Shown piece by piece: positions 38,313 through 47,733 of a stretch of 64,000 bases of DNA. The position numbers were made by a program, and so were the translations under genes. The notes beneath the pieces were generated by a model. It was not told the origin of the DNA and did not search any database. It saw only the letters and a program-made list of their open reading frames with translations. Position 1 is the first letter of the stretch. The number at the start of each line of letters is the position of its first letter. The stretch comes from an uncultured Alphaproteobacteria bacterium (GTDB lineage Bacteria > Pseudomonadota > Alphaproteobacteria > CAAHEQ01 > UBA3637), in NCBI GenBank assembly GCA_944392795.1, contig CALXXX010000037.1, positions 601 through 64,600 of the forward strand, written 5' to 3'.

Positions 38313-39508
38313 TATTTTTTCTCTATAACGGCTTTTTTCCTTAAATCTTGAAGCTTCTCATTCGATTTTTGCTCCATTTTTTCCATTTCAAGTTGCTGTT
38401 TTATAACCTCGAGTTTAGGCAAAACAGAAACAACTCGTTTATCACATTTCATTAAAAATAAATCGAAATCTTCTGCTTCAATAGGACCTATGATTTTTTT
38501 CATCGGAGCATCTTTTAGTAACTCATATAATTGATCCGGCATCCGAGGAACAGGCATTTCAGGCATCAGACCAGACCCTTTTAATCCTTCACGCATTGCT
38601 AAAGATGTAAAAGATTGAGGATTTCCATCTGCCTTGGCAAGCTGATCCGAAAAACGAGCCGCTTCTCCCTTAGGAAGAAGAAACTGCGCAACACTCCAAG
38701 CTTCAACTTCTGTTGATGTCAACGCTTTTTGTTTATCTCTCATTAAAATCAAATAATAACCTTCTTTGCCTTCTATGGGCTTTGACATCTGTCCGGGTTC
38801 CATTTGTTCTAAAATGCCATCAATAGCCTTTTCTAAACTTCCTTTTGAAACCCAACCTAAATCGCCTCCTATCGAAGCAGTTTTTCCTTTAGAAAATTGA
38901 ACTGCCAATTCAGGAAAAACCTCGCCTTTTACAATGCGATCGAACAAACTTTGAGCTTGTTCTTCTGCGGCTTTTTTATCTGTACCAAAAGGAACATAAA
39001 TCTCTGCCAACAAATAACTCGGCTTCATCATCTCTTTTTTTATCTTTTCTAGTCGAGCTTTCACTTCCTGTTCCGTTACAACCGGAGGTTTCTCATTTTC
39101 TGAACGAAGTACCTTTAGCCAAAGTATATCAGACGTCATCTGATTTTCTAAGGTATCGAAAGAAATATCTGATTCCTTTAACAGGCGTTGAAGAGAACCA
39201 GGTTCCATTCCATTTTGCTTTTCCAAAAAAGAAATCCCTTCTTCTACTTCACCTTCTTCTAAAATAATCCCTTTACTGGCTGCTTCCTGCTTTTTTACTT
39301 TTTCTAAAATAAGCGTCTCAAGAACTTGAGCTTTAGTTTCCTCTGTGACTGGCGTCTTCATCAGAGCATGCATCATCTTTGATCGCATATCAACATCATA
39401 ATCCGATATTACTTCATCATTTACTGTTGCAATAATCTCAAACGCCCGAGCTGAAAAGGATAGACTTAAACTGAGCCCGATTATAGCAAAAATTATTTTT
39501 TTCATCAT
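38312..39508 (-). CDS. surA: SurA-like periplasmic chaperone / parvulin-type peptidyl-prolyl isomerase
   Basis: Signal peptide, a SurA N-domain and a parvulin domain (…GGDLGWVSKGSL…GYYLILM…). It lies downstream of lptD as in conserved lptD-surA synteny, and overlaps rsmA by 1 nt. Confidence 0.8.
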   Translation of the reverse strand: MMKKIIFAIIGLSLSLSFSARAFEIIATVNDEVISDYDVDMRSKMMHALMKTPVTEETKAQVLETLILEKVKKQEAASKGIILEEGEVEEGISFLEKQNGMEPGSLQRLLKESDISFDTLENQMTSDILWLKVLRSENEKPPVVTEQEVKARLEKIKKEMMKPSYLLAEIYVPFGTDKKAAEEQAQSLFDRIVKGEVFPELAVQFSKGKTASIGGDLGWVSKGSLEKAIDGILEQMEPGQMSKPIEGKEGYYLILMRDKQKALTSTEVEAWSVAQFLLPKGEAARFSDQLAKADGNPQSFTSLAMREGLKGSGLMPEMPVPRMPDQLYELLKDAPMKKIIGPIEAEDFDLFLMKCDKRVVSVLPKLEVIKQQLEMEKMEQKSNEKLQDLRKKAVIEKK

Positions 39509-42500
39509 ACTGCTCCCAATGTTTTCAAGATCATACGCACATAAAAAGAAGTATCGCCTTTATAATCTCGATCTTTCGTAAACTCTTTCTCTGCCGAAAA
39601 AAGTAAGGTAATGCATTCATTTTCAAATTGCAAGCCTCCTCCGGCTTCTATCGGACCGCCATCAACAGCTAAATCATAACGGTAATATCCATATGCCGAC
39701 CAAGATGGTGTTAAACGAGAATTTATTTGTCCAAAAATTTCTTCACGATCTTTTAGATAATTTTTGACTTTATTCTCCTGACTAGCCTGCATGTAAAAAT
39801 AACCTAATGTAACTTTAAAAGGAGCTCTTCCGGCATATAAACTGACCTCTGACATCTCCTGACTTAGATTATCTTGATTTAAACGAAAACGATAATTCAT
39901 ACCAAAATCTTTAAGCTTCATATTTAAATGACCAACATAAGAAGAAAAATGATTTTCAAAGCCGGCACCTTCCGCAACACTGTTGTCATCACGGAAACGA
40001 TAGGATTGTCCAAACAAAGCGGATACAGATATATTCTTCGGACCATATAATGTCCATTGCATACCATAATTTAAACGAGCACCTGTCTCAACACGATCAT
40101 AGCCCGCATACCGATTAGCAGAGAATAAATTTGTATCATCAAATTCATAATCCAAACTATCCTCGTTAGGAATATTTTTATTACTGCTGTTAGGGCTCCA
40201 TACCCCCATAACGATTGGTTCTAATACTTGACTGTAATTTTCACCTTGTTGCATTAAGGGATATCGAACCTCCATAGACAAATTCGGGTACACTCGATTA
40301 GTATTTTTTGTTTCATCCTCAACCGTTTGAATAGAATAACCATCAAAACGAATACTCGCCTCTGTATTGATAACTGCACCAATTGAAGAAATATAAGGCA
40401 ATCGCAAAGCTTGCAAATATGATAATCGTGTCGATTCAGGTTTTTCATGCCGATAAACCCCTGCACCATTAACCTGTGAAACAGAATATAATCCATTCCA
40501 TAATGGACGCGTTACATACTCATAATTCACTTGAGGTACCTTCGGCATAGAACTATTTTTTACATCAGCTCTCAAATTTTGAAATGCATACATTTTAATA
40601 AACGCATAAGCATTTTCTCCGAAATGCTCTAAAGCTGCATCACTTTGTATCCAGGGCGCTTGATCATCAACATTATCAATTGGATATCGCCTAAAATAAG
40701 TATCATCACTTACACGAAAGTAAGTCCCTCGAAAGCGCAACCGATCTGTAATATCATATTCATAATAAGCTTTTATATGACCTTCATTATTGTGATCATC
40801 ATCATTTTGTGTGCCAGAAAAATCAAGTGTTAATCCACTTTCCTGATACAACCCCCGATAACGACCTTGGACCAAAGGAACATGAGAAAAAGAAATCGTT
40901 GGGTTTATGTATAAATCTTGACTATCTGAAATAGCCCAAAAAAAAGGCAGATCAAAACCGGAACCCATTTCAGTCGAACTAGCTAATGCCGGAGTTAAAA
41001 AACCTGTTTTCCGCTTAACCTGAAAATCAGGGTACTCTAAATATGGCCAATAAAAAACAGGAACTCCTTTTAAATTTAAAAAGGCATGTTTATAAACAAA
41101 TTCTTTCTGTTGATAATTGTGAAGAACCTGTCCTGCTCGAAGGCTCCATAGAGGCTTCTCAGGCGAGCAATAAGTACAAGGCGTAAAAAAAACATCCTTA
41201 AAATCCGTTATATTACCTTTATCTGTCCTAGCGACAGATTGAGCCTCAAAAACAGACCCGTCCGCTAATTTCATATGAACTGCTTTAATCAATCCTTCTT
41301 TGATGTCTCCTGTTAAGTCTGCCTCATCAGAAAAAAGTTGAACACCATCAGGACGCGTTAATACAACATTCCCGGTTGCATAAACAGTATCCTTACTCTG
41401 ATCGTATTCAATTTTATCTGCCCGAAAAGTCGAACCTTCCTGTTTTATAATGACATTTCCGGTCGCTGTCAAAATACCGGTTTTCTCATTATAAGAAATC
41501 GTATCTGCCTCAAAAGGAGCTGGAGCATCTTTATGAAGCGTTGTATCAGCAATAAATTGAGGTTCTGCTGCTTCAACAGAAAAAGCTAAGAAGAAAAAAA
41601 CTAAAAAAAGAAGAGAAATCATCTTCTTAGAACGTTTCTGTTGAGGAGATTGTTCTTTAAGAAAATATCCGCGCTTCAATATAATCATTCCGCTCAAAAT
41701 AGGAACTAAAATATTCAATCCCATCAAAAAGAGAAAAAATAAATTTTTTTCGGATAAGTTTTCAAATCCAAGCGCCATTGATTGAATTAAAATAACGGCT
41801 CCTATTGACATATAAATACGTCCGTTTTGTCCTCGCCTGTTGTAATACCCCAACAAAAGAGGTAAAAGACCAATCATTAAATAGACTAATGAATAAAGGG
41901 GTTGCGTTAAGCGTTTAAAAGCCTCCACTTTATACTCTCGAAATTGCGTCTGTGATATCCTTGGATCTGTTGACTTGGCCATCAAAAGACGAACTAAGGG
42001 AAGTTCCTCTTCTCCGGCGGAACGCTCGTTATTTCGGCGACTCTCCTCTAAAACCATGGTATTCTGATCAAAACTTAATGAAGAAAAAATACCTGTCCGA
42101 CGATTATACTCCTGACGTCGACCTTGATGCATCACAATCCGTGGTTCTTCGCCCGTTACATATAATCCATTTTGAGCTACCATCACTATTCTTTTTTCAG
42201 GATCTCGACCATCGTGAATTAAAATTCCTTCCAATTCGCCTGTTGGTTTAAAAGAGCGGACATAAATCGTTATATTACTCGGCAAGTTATTAAACTCACC
42301 TTCTTGAATAACAACATGTGCTAAATCATTCCTGATCTTAAAGCGAAGTTCTTTAAAATGCGTCACAGAATAAGGAACCAACCACAACGTTAAACAATAG
42401 CCTAAAACAACTAAAATTAAGCTCATATAAAAACCGGGCTTCGCCAGCTGCCAGGGAGACATACCAACTGCTTTCATTACAATCAGCTCTCGATCTGCCA

Positions 42501-42741
42501 ATAAACGCTGATACACAAACAAAAGAACAATAAAAAATGCAAGTGGTGTGATAATCGCAATAAAATTCGGTAAAACCAAAAGTGTCAATTGAACAAATAA
42601 ATGAACAGAGACTCCTTTATTAACAATCCAATCAATCATCCGTAAGCTTTGAGATAACCAGATAATTCCCGTCATACCCAAAGCTATCAGCAAAAAACCG
42701 ATGACTAATTGTTTTAAAATATATTTATTTAATGTTTTCAT
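39505..42741 (-). CDS. lptD: Single 1078-aa ORF containing an LptG-like permease (N-terminal ~360 aa) fused in-frame to an LptD/OstA-like LPS-assembly protein (C-terminal ~706 aa, internal ATG at 41622)
   Basis: The N-part has YjgP/YjgQ permease topology (MKTLNKYILKQLVIGF…, six TM helices). After a KQSPQQKRSKKM linker comes an LptD signal peptide (MISLLFLVFFFLAFSVEAAEP), the OstA N-domain (…TGNVIIKQEGSTFRADKIEYD…) and a long beta-barrel region. No stop codon separates the two parts, because the ORF track gives one continuous protein. Confidence 0.7.
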   Translation of the reverse strand: MKTLNKYILKQLVIGFLLIALGMTGIIWLSQSLRMIDWIVNKGVSVHLFVQLTLLVLPNFIAIITPLAFFIVLLFVYQRLLADRELIVMKAVGMSPWQLAKPGFYMSLILVVLGYCLTLWLVPYSVTHFKELRFKIRNDLAHVVIQEGEFNNLPSNITIYVRSFKPTGELEGILIHDGRDPEKRIVMVAQNGLYVTGEEPRIVMHQGRRQEYNRRTGIFSSLSFDQNTMVLEESRRNNERSAGEEELPLVRLLMAKSTDPRISQTQFREYKVEAFKRLTQPLYSLVYLMIGLLPLLLGYYNRRGQNGRIYMSIGAVILIQSMALGFENLSEKNLFFLFLMGLNILVPILSGMIILKRGYFLKEQSPQQKRSKKMISLLFLVFFFLAFSVEAAEPQFIADTTLHKDAPAPFEADTISYNEKTGILTATGNVIIKQEGSTFRADKIEYDQSKDTVYATGNVVLTRPDGVQLFSDEADLTGDIKEGLIKAVHMKLADGSVFEAQSVARTDKGNITDFKDVFFTPCTYCSPEKPLWSLRAGQVLHNYQQKEFVYKHAFLNLKGVPVFYWPYLEYPDFQVKRKTGFLTPALASSTEMGSGFDLPFFWAISDSQDLYINPTISFSHVPLVQGRYRGLYQESGLTLDFSGTQNDDDHNNEGHIKAYYEYDITDRLRFRGTYFRVSDDTYFRRYPIDNVDDQAPWIQSDAALEHFGENAYAFIKMYAFQNLRADVKNSSMPKVPQVNYEYVTRPLWNGLYSVSQVNGAGVYRHEKPESTRLSYLQALRLPYISSIGAVINTEASIRFDGYSIQTVEDETKNTNRVYPNLSMEVRYPLMQQGENYSQVLEPIVMGVWSPNSSNKNIPNEDSLDYEFDDTNLFSANRYAGYDRVETGARLNYGMQWTLYGPKNISVSALFGQSYRFRDDNSVAEGAGFENHFSSYVGHLNMKLKDFGMNYRFRLNQDNLSQEMSEVSLYAGRAPFKVTLGYFYMQASQENKVKNYLKDREEIFGQINSRLTPSWSAYGYYRYDLAVDGGPIEAGGGLQFENECITLLFSAEKEFTKDRDYKGDTSFYVRMILKTLGAV

Positions 42742-42754
42742 AGGCTCTCTTATA

Positions 42755-43675
42755 TCAGATTTTACGCATACCTGACAAGGGATGTTTTGTTTCTACAATT
42801 TTTTTTAATCTATCTTCCAGAACATGTGTGTAAATTTCTGTTGTTGCTATATCAGCATGTCCCAACATTTTTTGAACACTTCTTAAGTCTGCATCATGCG
42901 CAATGAGATGAGAAGCAAAAGAATGCCGAATAACATGAGGTGACACACGACTCGGATCAATTCCCGCTTGAAGAGCTATTTTTTTTAATTCTTTAAAAAA
43001 GGCATCTCGTGTCATATAACCTTGTTTTGACTTTGATGGAAATAACCACTTAGATGTTCGACCTCTTTTTAAATATCTTTCACGTTCGATCAACCATTTT
43101 TCAATAGCTCTCCGAGCAGGATCATCTAAGGGAACTAAACGTTGTTTGTTTCCTTTTCCAACAATTTCTATCATTGTATTATTGTGCAGAACAGCAGCTA
43201 GTGGCAAAGATACGAGTTCACTTACGCGCATTCCCGAGGCATATAATATTTCCAGCATTGTTTTTAAACGAACATCTTTTTCCCCAGCTGCCTGTAATAA
43301 AGAAAGAATTTCTTCTTCTGACAAATATTTAGGAAGTGCTTTTCCTGTCTTTGGACTGTCCACATTATCCGTTGGTAAATCATCTCTGAAATTCTCAGAG
43401 TATAAAAAACGAAAGAACTCTCGAAGAGCAGATAAACGGCGAGCTTGCGTTTTAGCAGATAATCCATTTTTAACAATCAAATGCATATAATCTGCTACAT
43501 CATCGCCTTCAGCTTTTTCTAAAATGACATGCCTTGTATTTAAAAAAGCTTCAAAATCTTCTAAATCACTTTGATAGGCATGTACCGTTCTGGGTGAAGC
43601 TCCTCTTTCTGCAACAATCACCTCTAAAAAATTTTCAATCCACCGATTCATCAATGAATGAGCTCCAAAACCCAA
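42755..43675 (-). CDS. xerD: Site-specific tyrosine recombinase XerD/XerC family
   Basis: 306 aa. The catalytic region …HVIRHSFASHLIAHDADLRSVQKMLGHADIATTEIYTHV gives the R-H-R-Y signature. The xerD…aroK neighbourhood is typical of alphaproteobacterial chromosomes. Confidence 0.75.
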   Translation of the reverse strand: MGFGAHSLMNRWIENFLEVIVAERGASPRTVHAYQSDLEDFEAFLNTRHVILEKAEGDDVADYMHLIVKNGLSAKTQARRLSALREFFRFLYSENFRDDLPTDNVDSPKTGKALPKYLSEEEILSLLQAAGEKDVRLKTMLEILYASGMRVSELVSLPLAAVLHNNTMIEIVGKGNKQRLVPLDDPARRAIEKWLIERERYLKRGRTSKWLFPSKSKQGYMTRDAFFKELKKIALQAGIDPSRVSPHVIRHSFASHLIAHDADLRSVQKMLGHADIATTEIYTHVLEDRLKKIVETKHPLSGMRKI

Positions 43676-44742
43676 TTTTCCACATTTAACCCACCTTTAT
43701 TTAAAATTAAAAAAGCATTCGCAAGATTAACATCTCGCTCATTTAACATAAATAAAGCTCTTAATAAGTCCGCTCCCGTTATCGCTGATTGTGGTTTATC
43801 TTTTAGTAAAAAAGAAAAAAACGAAACTTTTCCTTCTAATGAAGGTAAATTCAAAATCGTATCCGTTTGTAAAAAATTTAAATCTGTTCGAAGGACTTGA
43901 CCATACAACAACAAAACATGTAATCGATAAAGCTGATCTTGCTCTTGAACACCATCGCGTCGCCAATGCTCTAAAAGCTGTTCTATATTAACTGCTGTTT
44001 GAAAAGGAACTATTGTTTTTATTGCAGGCTTTGTTTTAGGAATAGAAATTCCTAAACGACGCATAATGGAAATCTCTATTTGCGTTGCTTGTGCTAAATC
44101 TAATGCCGCTAGGGGCGAACCGTTTAAAAAAGCATCCATTAAGCTTGTAAAAAGCATCGGTTCAGGATGTTCTTCTTGCCACAGCGAAAAAGATAAGAGA
44201 GCTTTATCTTGCTCTCCTTCAAAAGCCAAACACATTATGTTTCCCTTTTGCCAAAATAAATCTGTTGACGCAGAATGAGAACGAATAAACGGACATATTT
44301 CTCGCCAGTTCCCTTGAGAAAGTTGAGCCTCTACTTTTAATTGTTCCATCTGATCTGTCAAAGAAGAAGGTGGAACTTGTTTAATCATAGATAATACATC
44401 AGAATAATATCCTAATTGCAAAAGGCCATACAAACGAGACACAAAATGTTCTTCTGCGTTTTTATCTGTTCCTGATAAAGCCGTCCTTTCCGTTAAAACG
44501 GCTCGTGTCATTTGCCGAAGGGTGGGAGAGGTTTGATGGAGTGTTAAAGAATCTATCAGATGTCTTTCTTCTGAAACAGATAAATTTCCCCACGATGTAA
44601 AAGGTAATTTTTTAGAAAGGCCTAAGGTGTTGATATAAATAGTCGGCAAGTCTTCTACGACAACAGAAGAAGCCTCTGTCAATGCTGGAGTAATAAATAA
44701 AGCAAAGACAAAAAAAACTATTTTAATTTTGAAGAACATCAT
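43651..44742 (-). CDS. Hypothetical secreted/periplasmic protein, 363 aa
   Basis: Signal peptide (IVFFVFALFITPALTEASS). No family recognised. Confidence 0.45.
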   Translation of the reverse strand: MMFFKIKIVFFVFALFITPALTEASSVVVEDLPTIYINTLGLSKKLPFTSWGNLSVSEERHLIDSLTLHQTSPTLRQMTRAVLTERTALSGTDKNAEEHFVSRLYGLLQLGYYSDVLSMIKQVPPSSLTDQMEQLKVEAQLSQGNWREICPFIRSHSASTDLFWQKGNIMCLAFEGEQDKALLSFSLWQEEHPEPMLFTSLMDAFLNGSPLAALDLAQATQIEISIMRRLGISIPKTKPAIKTIVPFQTAVNIEQLLEHWRRDGVQEQDQLYRLHVLLLYGQVLRTDLNFLQTDTILNLPSLEGKVSFFSFLLKDKPQSAITGADLLRALFMLNERDVNLANAFLILNKGGLNVENWVLELIH

Positions 44743-44866
44743 TGCTTAAGGTCTTTTCAATCGGCGTTTTTGGCGCTGGTTTATCCCAAAAGAAAACCCA
44801 AACGCAAAAACCAATCAAAGCTAATAAAATTAACTTAATCCCATAATGTTTTTTTTCTTTTCTCAT
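44723..44866 (-). CDS. Possible small membrane protein, 47 aa (not in ORF track)
   Basis: My own translation: MRKEKKHYGIKLILLALIGFCVWVFFWDKPAPKTPIEKTLSNDVLQN. AGGAAAA lies 5 nt before the ATG. One TM helix. It overlaps the downstream gene's start by about 20 nt in another frame. Confidence 0.25.
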   Translation of the reverse strand: MRKEKKHYGIKLILLALIGFCVWVFFWDKPAPKTPIEKTLSNDVLQN

Positions 44867-44927
44867 TTTTCCTGCTTTCACTAGACAGACGATAAAAGAC
44901 TTGTTATTCTATGGAGTAGTAGATTAT

Positions 44928-45506
44928 ATGAAGGAACAAAAACTGTCAATAAAGAACATGAACATTGAACTTTTAGAAAATAAAATTATTCTCTTAGTCG
45001 GCATGATGGGATGCGGTAAAACAAGCTTAGGTAAAATTTTATCAAAACGATTAAATTTGCCCTTCGTCGACAGTGATAGAGAAATTGAACGCGCCTCAGG
45101 ATGCAGCATTTCAGATTTGTTCGCAACCTATGGAGAAAAAGAGTTTCGTATGGGAGAAGAACGCATTATGGAACGTTTATTAAAAGGGCCTCCTTGTGTT
45201 CTATCATCTGGAGGCGGAGCTTTTCTTTCTGAAAAGACACAAAATATCTCTAAGAAATATGCAATCTCCGTCTGGATACGCGCAGATGTTGATTTACTCA
45301 GTCATCGAACGGAAGGACGCAAACATCGTCCTTTAGTCCCAGCTAAAGATAACAAAAAAGCAATTGAACGATTGGTTCATGATTGTTATCCTCTTTATGC
45401 AAATGCCGACCTAACGCTTGATACACGTCAAGAAGCTATTCATAAAACAATTGAGCGACTTTTGAAACTGTTAAAAGAAAATCATATTATTGCGATAAAG
45501 GATTAA
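44928..45506 (+). CDS. aroK: Shikimate kinase
   Basis: Walker A LVGMMGCGKTSLGK, the …DSDREIE… motif and LSSGGGA. The start is placed at the ATG with GGAG 12 nt upstream. The ORF frame begins at TTG 44901. Confidence 0.85.
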   Translation: MKEQKLSIKNMNIELLENKIILLVGMMGCGKTSLGKILSKRLNLPFVDSDREIERASGCSISDLFATYGEKEFRMGEERIMERLLKGPPCVLSSGGGAFLSEKTQNISKKYAISVWIRADVDLLSHRTEGRKHRPLVPAKDNKKAIERLVHDCYPLYANADLTLDTRQEAIHKTIERLLKLLKENHIIAIKD

Positions 45507-45508
45507 AA

Positions 45509-46786
45509 ATGATTGGTTCTGTTTTGATTTTATGTGCTTGTCTGTTCTTATCTTTTTTCTTTTCGGGAACGGAAACAGCTTTTACTGCGGCTTCTTTACC
45601 TTTAATGCACGAAATGGAAAAAAAAGGAAATAAACGTGCAAAAATTGTCACAAAAGTTAAAGCAAAATCCGATAGATTCCTCGGTATGATTTTATTTGGT
45701 AATAATGTTGTGAATATTGCTGCTACAGCGATTACTACAAGCATTTGCATTACATTACTGGGACAACGTTGGGGAGTTTTTATTTCCACATTTGTCGTCA
45801 GCTTTGTCATTTTGATTTTTTGTGAAATCATGCCCAAAACTTATGCTATTCGAAATCCGAATACGATTGCTTTATTTGTTGCTCCAGTTGTTCAACTGTT
45901 AACGTTTTTACTGGCACCACTTGTTGCTTTTGTCAACTCTGTCGTTAAAAACGTAATGGCTATTTTAGGTCTTCTAAAACATGAAAAATTAGGCGACTCT
46001 GCTAAAACAGAACTTCGTGGTGTTTTAAATATGCAGACAAGTGCCTCTATTCGTTCTGAAAAAAATATGATGAAGAGCGTCTTAGATCTCAGTGAAGTTG
46101 AAGTTCATGAAGTCATGACATATCGCAGTAAGATAGTCTCTTTTGATGTCAATACAGAAGTGAAAACATTGATTGAAAAAGTCTTAAATTGTCCCTATAC
46201 ACGAATTCCGTTATGGAAAGAACGTAAAAGCAAAATCGTTGGTGTATTAAACACAAAATTATTATTACGTGCCTTACAAGCTCGACATGGAGATTTAACA
46301 AATTTTGATGTTATGAGTGTTGCCACAGCTCCTTGGTTCATTCCAGAAACAACAACGCTTTTAACACAACTTCAAGCTTATAGAAGACGTCGCGAACACT
46401 TTGCCATTGTCGTTGACGAATATGGTGAAACTCAAGGCATCGTCACCTTAGAAGATATCTTAGAAGAAATTGTCGGAGATATTATCGATGAAACAGATAA
46501 TCCACCAGAAGCATCTTTAAACGCGCTTGTTCAACCAGATGGAACCATTATGGTTGACGGTTCTGCTTCGATTCGTGATCTAAATCGAAATTTCGGTTGG
46601 GATTTACCAGATGACCAAGCCTCGACAATCGCCGGACTACTTTTATATGAAACAGAAAGAATCCCCAAAAAAGGAGCTTCTTATTCTTTCTATGGCTTCA
46701 CTTTTAAGGTCTTAGATAAAAAAGGTAATCGAATTACAAAAATGTTGATTACTGCTCCAGAAAAAGAAGCAGAAGAACAAAATTAA
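45509..46786 (+). CDS. CNNM/CorC/HlyC-family transporter (DUF21 plus CBS pair plus CorC_HlyC C-domain)
   Basis: N-terminal four-TM DUF21 domain, two CBS-like segments and a C-terminal …DGTIMVDGSASIRDLNRNFGWDLPDDQASTIAGLLL… transporter-associated domain. Confidence 0.8.
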   Translation: MIGSVLILCACLFLSFFFSGTETAFTAASLPLMHEMEKKGNKRAKIVTKVKAKSDRFLGMILFGNNVVNIAATAITTSICITLLGQRWGVFISTFVVSFVILIFCEIMPKTYAIRNPNTIALFVAPVVQLLTFLLAPLVAFVNSVVKNVMAILGLLKHEKLGDSAKTELRGVLNMQTSASIRSEKNMMKSVLDLSEVEVHEVMTYRSKIVSFDVNTEVKTLIEKVLNCPYTRIPLWKERKSKIVGVLNTKLLLRALQARHGDLTNFDVMSVATAPWFIPETTTLLTQLQAYRRRREHFAIVVDEYGETQGIVTLEDILEEIVGDIIDETDNPPEASLNALVQPDGTIMVDGSASIRDLNRNFGWDLPDDQASTIAGLLLYETERIPKKGASYSFYGFTFKVLDKKGNRITKMLITAPEKEAEEQN

Positions 46787-47589
46787 GATTCTATCACATT
46801 AACAGGTACATGCTTTTCATCAAGCAAAAGAGCATAAATTGGACCGTCATATCCACCACCGCTAGCGATTGTTGTATAATAAGGTTCGTTAATCACCCCT
46901 GCTTGTGTCGTCGTCGGAAAACCTCGAATAACCTGTTTAAATTGAAGATAAGGATACGAACGAACGAATGGCAATGTTCCTCCCCACCAAAATGCATCTC
47001 CTTGAAGATTTAAAGAGACCTCATGCCGTAAACCTCTATGAACGAACAAAATACTTTCATCTGCCGTATAAGCCGCATGTTTCAAAGATCCCATATAATC
47101 AATATGTCCATCATGGGCTGCTTGTACCGAACGAAGTGCCGCAACCCAACGAGATATCGCCACAACTCCCTGAGGAATTATACGAAGCCCCTCTTCCGGA
47201 TCCAAACCATAAGATAATAAAATTTGTTTCAGTCCTCTGGCTAACATCCATTTATAAACATCCAACGGTTCTTGAGCAAATTGTATTTGCATCAGCTTAG
47301 ACCACATTTCCTCCTGTTGACCTCGCAAAAAAACAATATCATATTGAGAAACTCCTGGAATAGAAATGAGAGCCCTACGAAAAAGTAATACCTCATCTAC
47401 GGCTTTTACTGAATCTAAACCGTTCCCCATCACATTACCTAAATAGATGACAACATCGCCGACACAGAATTCTGCTGAAATTTTCTTGTGCAAAAAACGA
47501 AGACGAACAGCATCACCTCCAGGGAAGCCGATCACCCAAATTCGTTTTTTATCTCCTATTTGCGAAAAGATATCTTTTTGTTCAATCAT
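46783..47589 (-). CDS. ApaH-like / calcineurin-like metallophosphoesterase homolog with degenerate metal-binding motifs (probable pseudo-enzyme)
   Basis: Layout resembles ApaH (…IWVIGFPGGD…IYLGNVMGNG…VFLRGQQE…GDAFWWGG…), but the conserved GDxHG / GDxxDRG / GNHE residues are substituted. The ORF frame extends to 47706 but overlaps the carD terminator, so the start is placed at the internal ATG 47589 (MIEQKD…). Confidence 0.4.
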   Translation of the reverse strand: MIEQKDIFSQIGDKKRIWVIGFPGGDAVRLRFLHKKISAEFCVGDVVIYLGNVMGNGLDSVKAVDEVLLFRRALISIPGVSQYDIVFLRGQQEEMWSKLMQIQFAQEPLDVYKWMLARGLKQILLSYGLDPEEGLRIIPQGVVAISRWVAALRSVQAAHDGHIDYMGSLKHAAYTADESILFVHRGLRHEVSLNLQGDAFWWGGTLPFVRSYPYLQFKQVIRGFPTTTQAGVINEPYYTTIASGGGYDGPIYALLLDEKHVPVNVIES

Positions 47590-47690
47590 AAAGCTAAGTA
47601 TATAAAAAAAATGACAAAAAAGAAAGAAAAAACTTCTCCTTAGACCTTGCTTTTTCGCCACAGAATAAACACCTGAAGTATTTCCACTTA

Positions 47691-47719
47691 AAAAAAAGCC
47701 CTTCAAAGAAGGGCTTTTT
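47691..47719 (-). terminator. Rho-independent terminator downstream of carD
   Basis: GCCCTTC AAA GAAGGGC hairpin flanked by an A8 run and a T5 run. On the minus-strand RNA the hairpin is followed by a U-run. Confidence 0.6.
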
Positions 47720-47733
47720 AAAAGTATCTTTTT

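Noticed and set aside
42755-43675. Phage or integrative-element integrase marking a genomic island boundary
   Set aside because: The recombinase has the XerC/XerD architecture and length and sits in the conserved xerD…aroK neighbourhood. No attachment-site tRNA, direct repeats or phage genes flank it, so it is interpreted as the chromosomal dimer-resolution recombinase.
43146-44278. Small ORFs antisense or internal to xerD and the 363-aa gene (43146-43490, 43264-43476, 43658-43900, 43791-43991, 44066-44278)
   Set aside because: They are overlapped entirely by longer, well-supported ORFs on the opposite strand or in another frame. They are typical spurious ORFs in AT-rich DNA.
47590-47706. 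First 39 codons of the 307-aa ORF (MKGFFLSGNTSGVYSVAKKQ…)
   Set aside because: They overlap the carD rho-independent terminator hairpin (47691-47719) and encode a compositionally odd peptide, so the internal ATG at 47589 was preferred.
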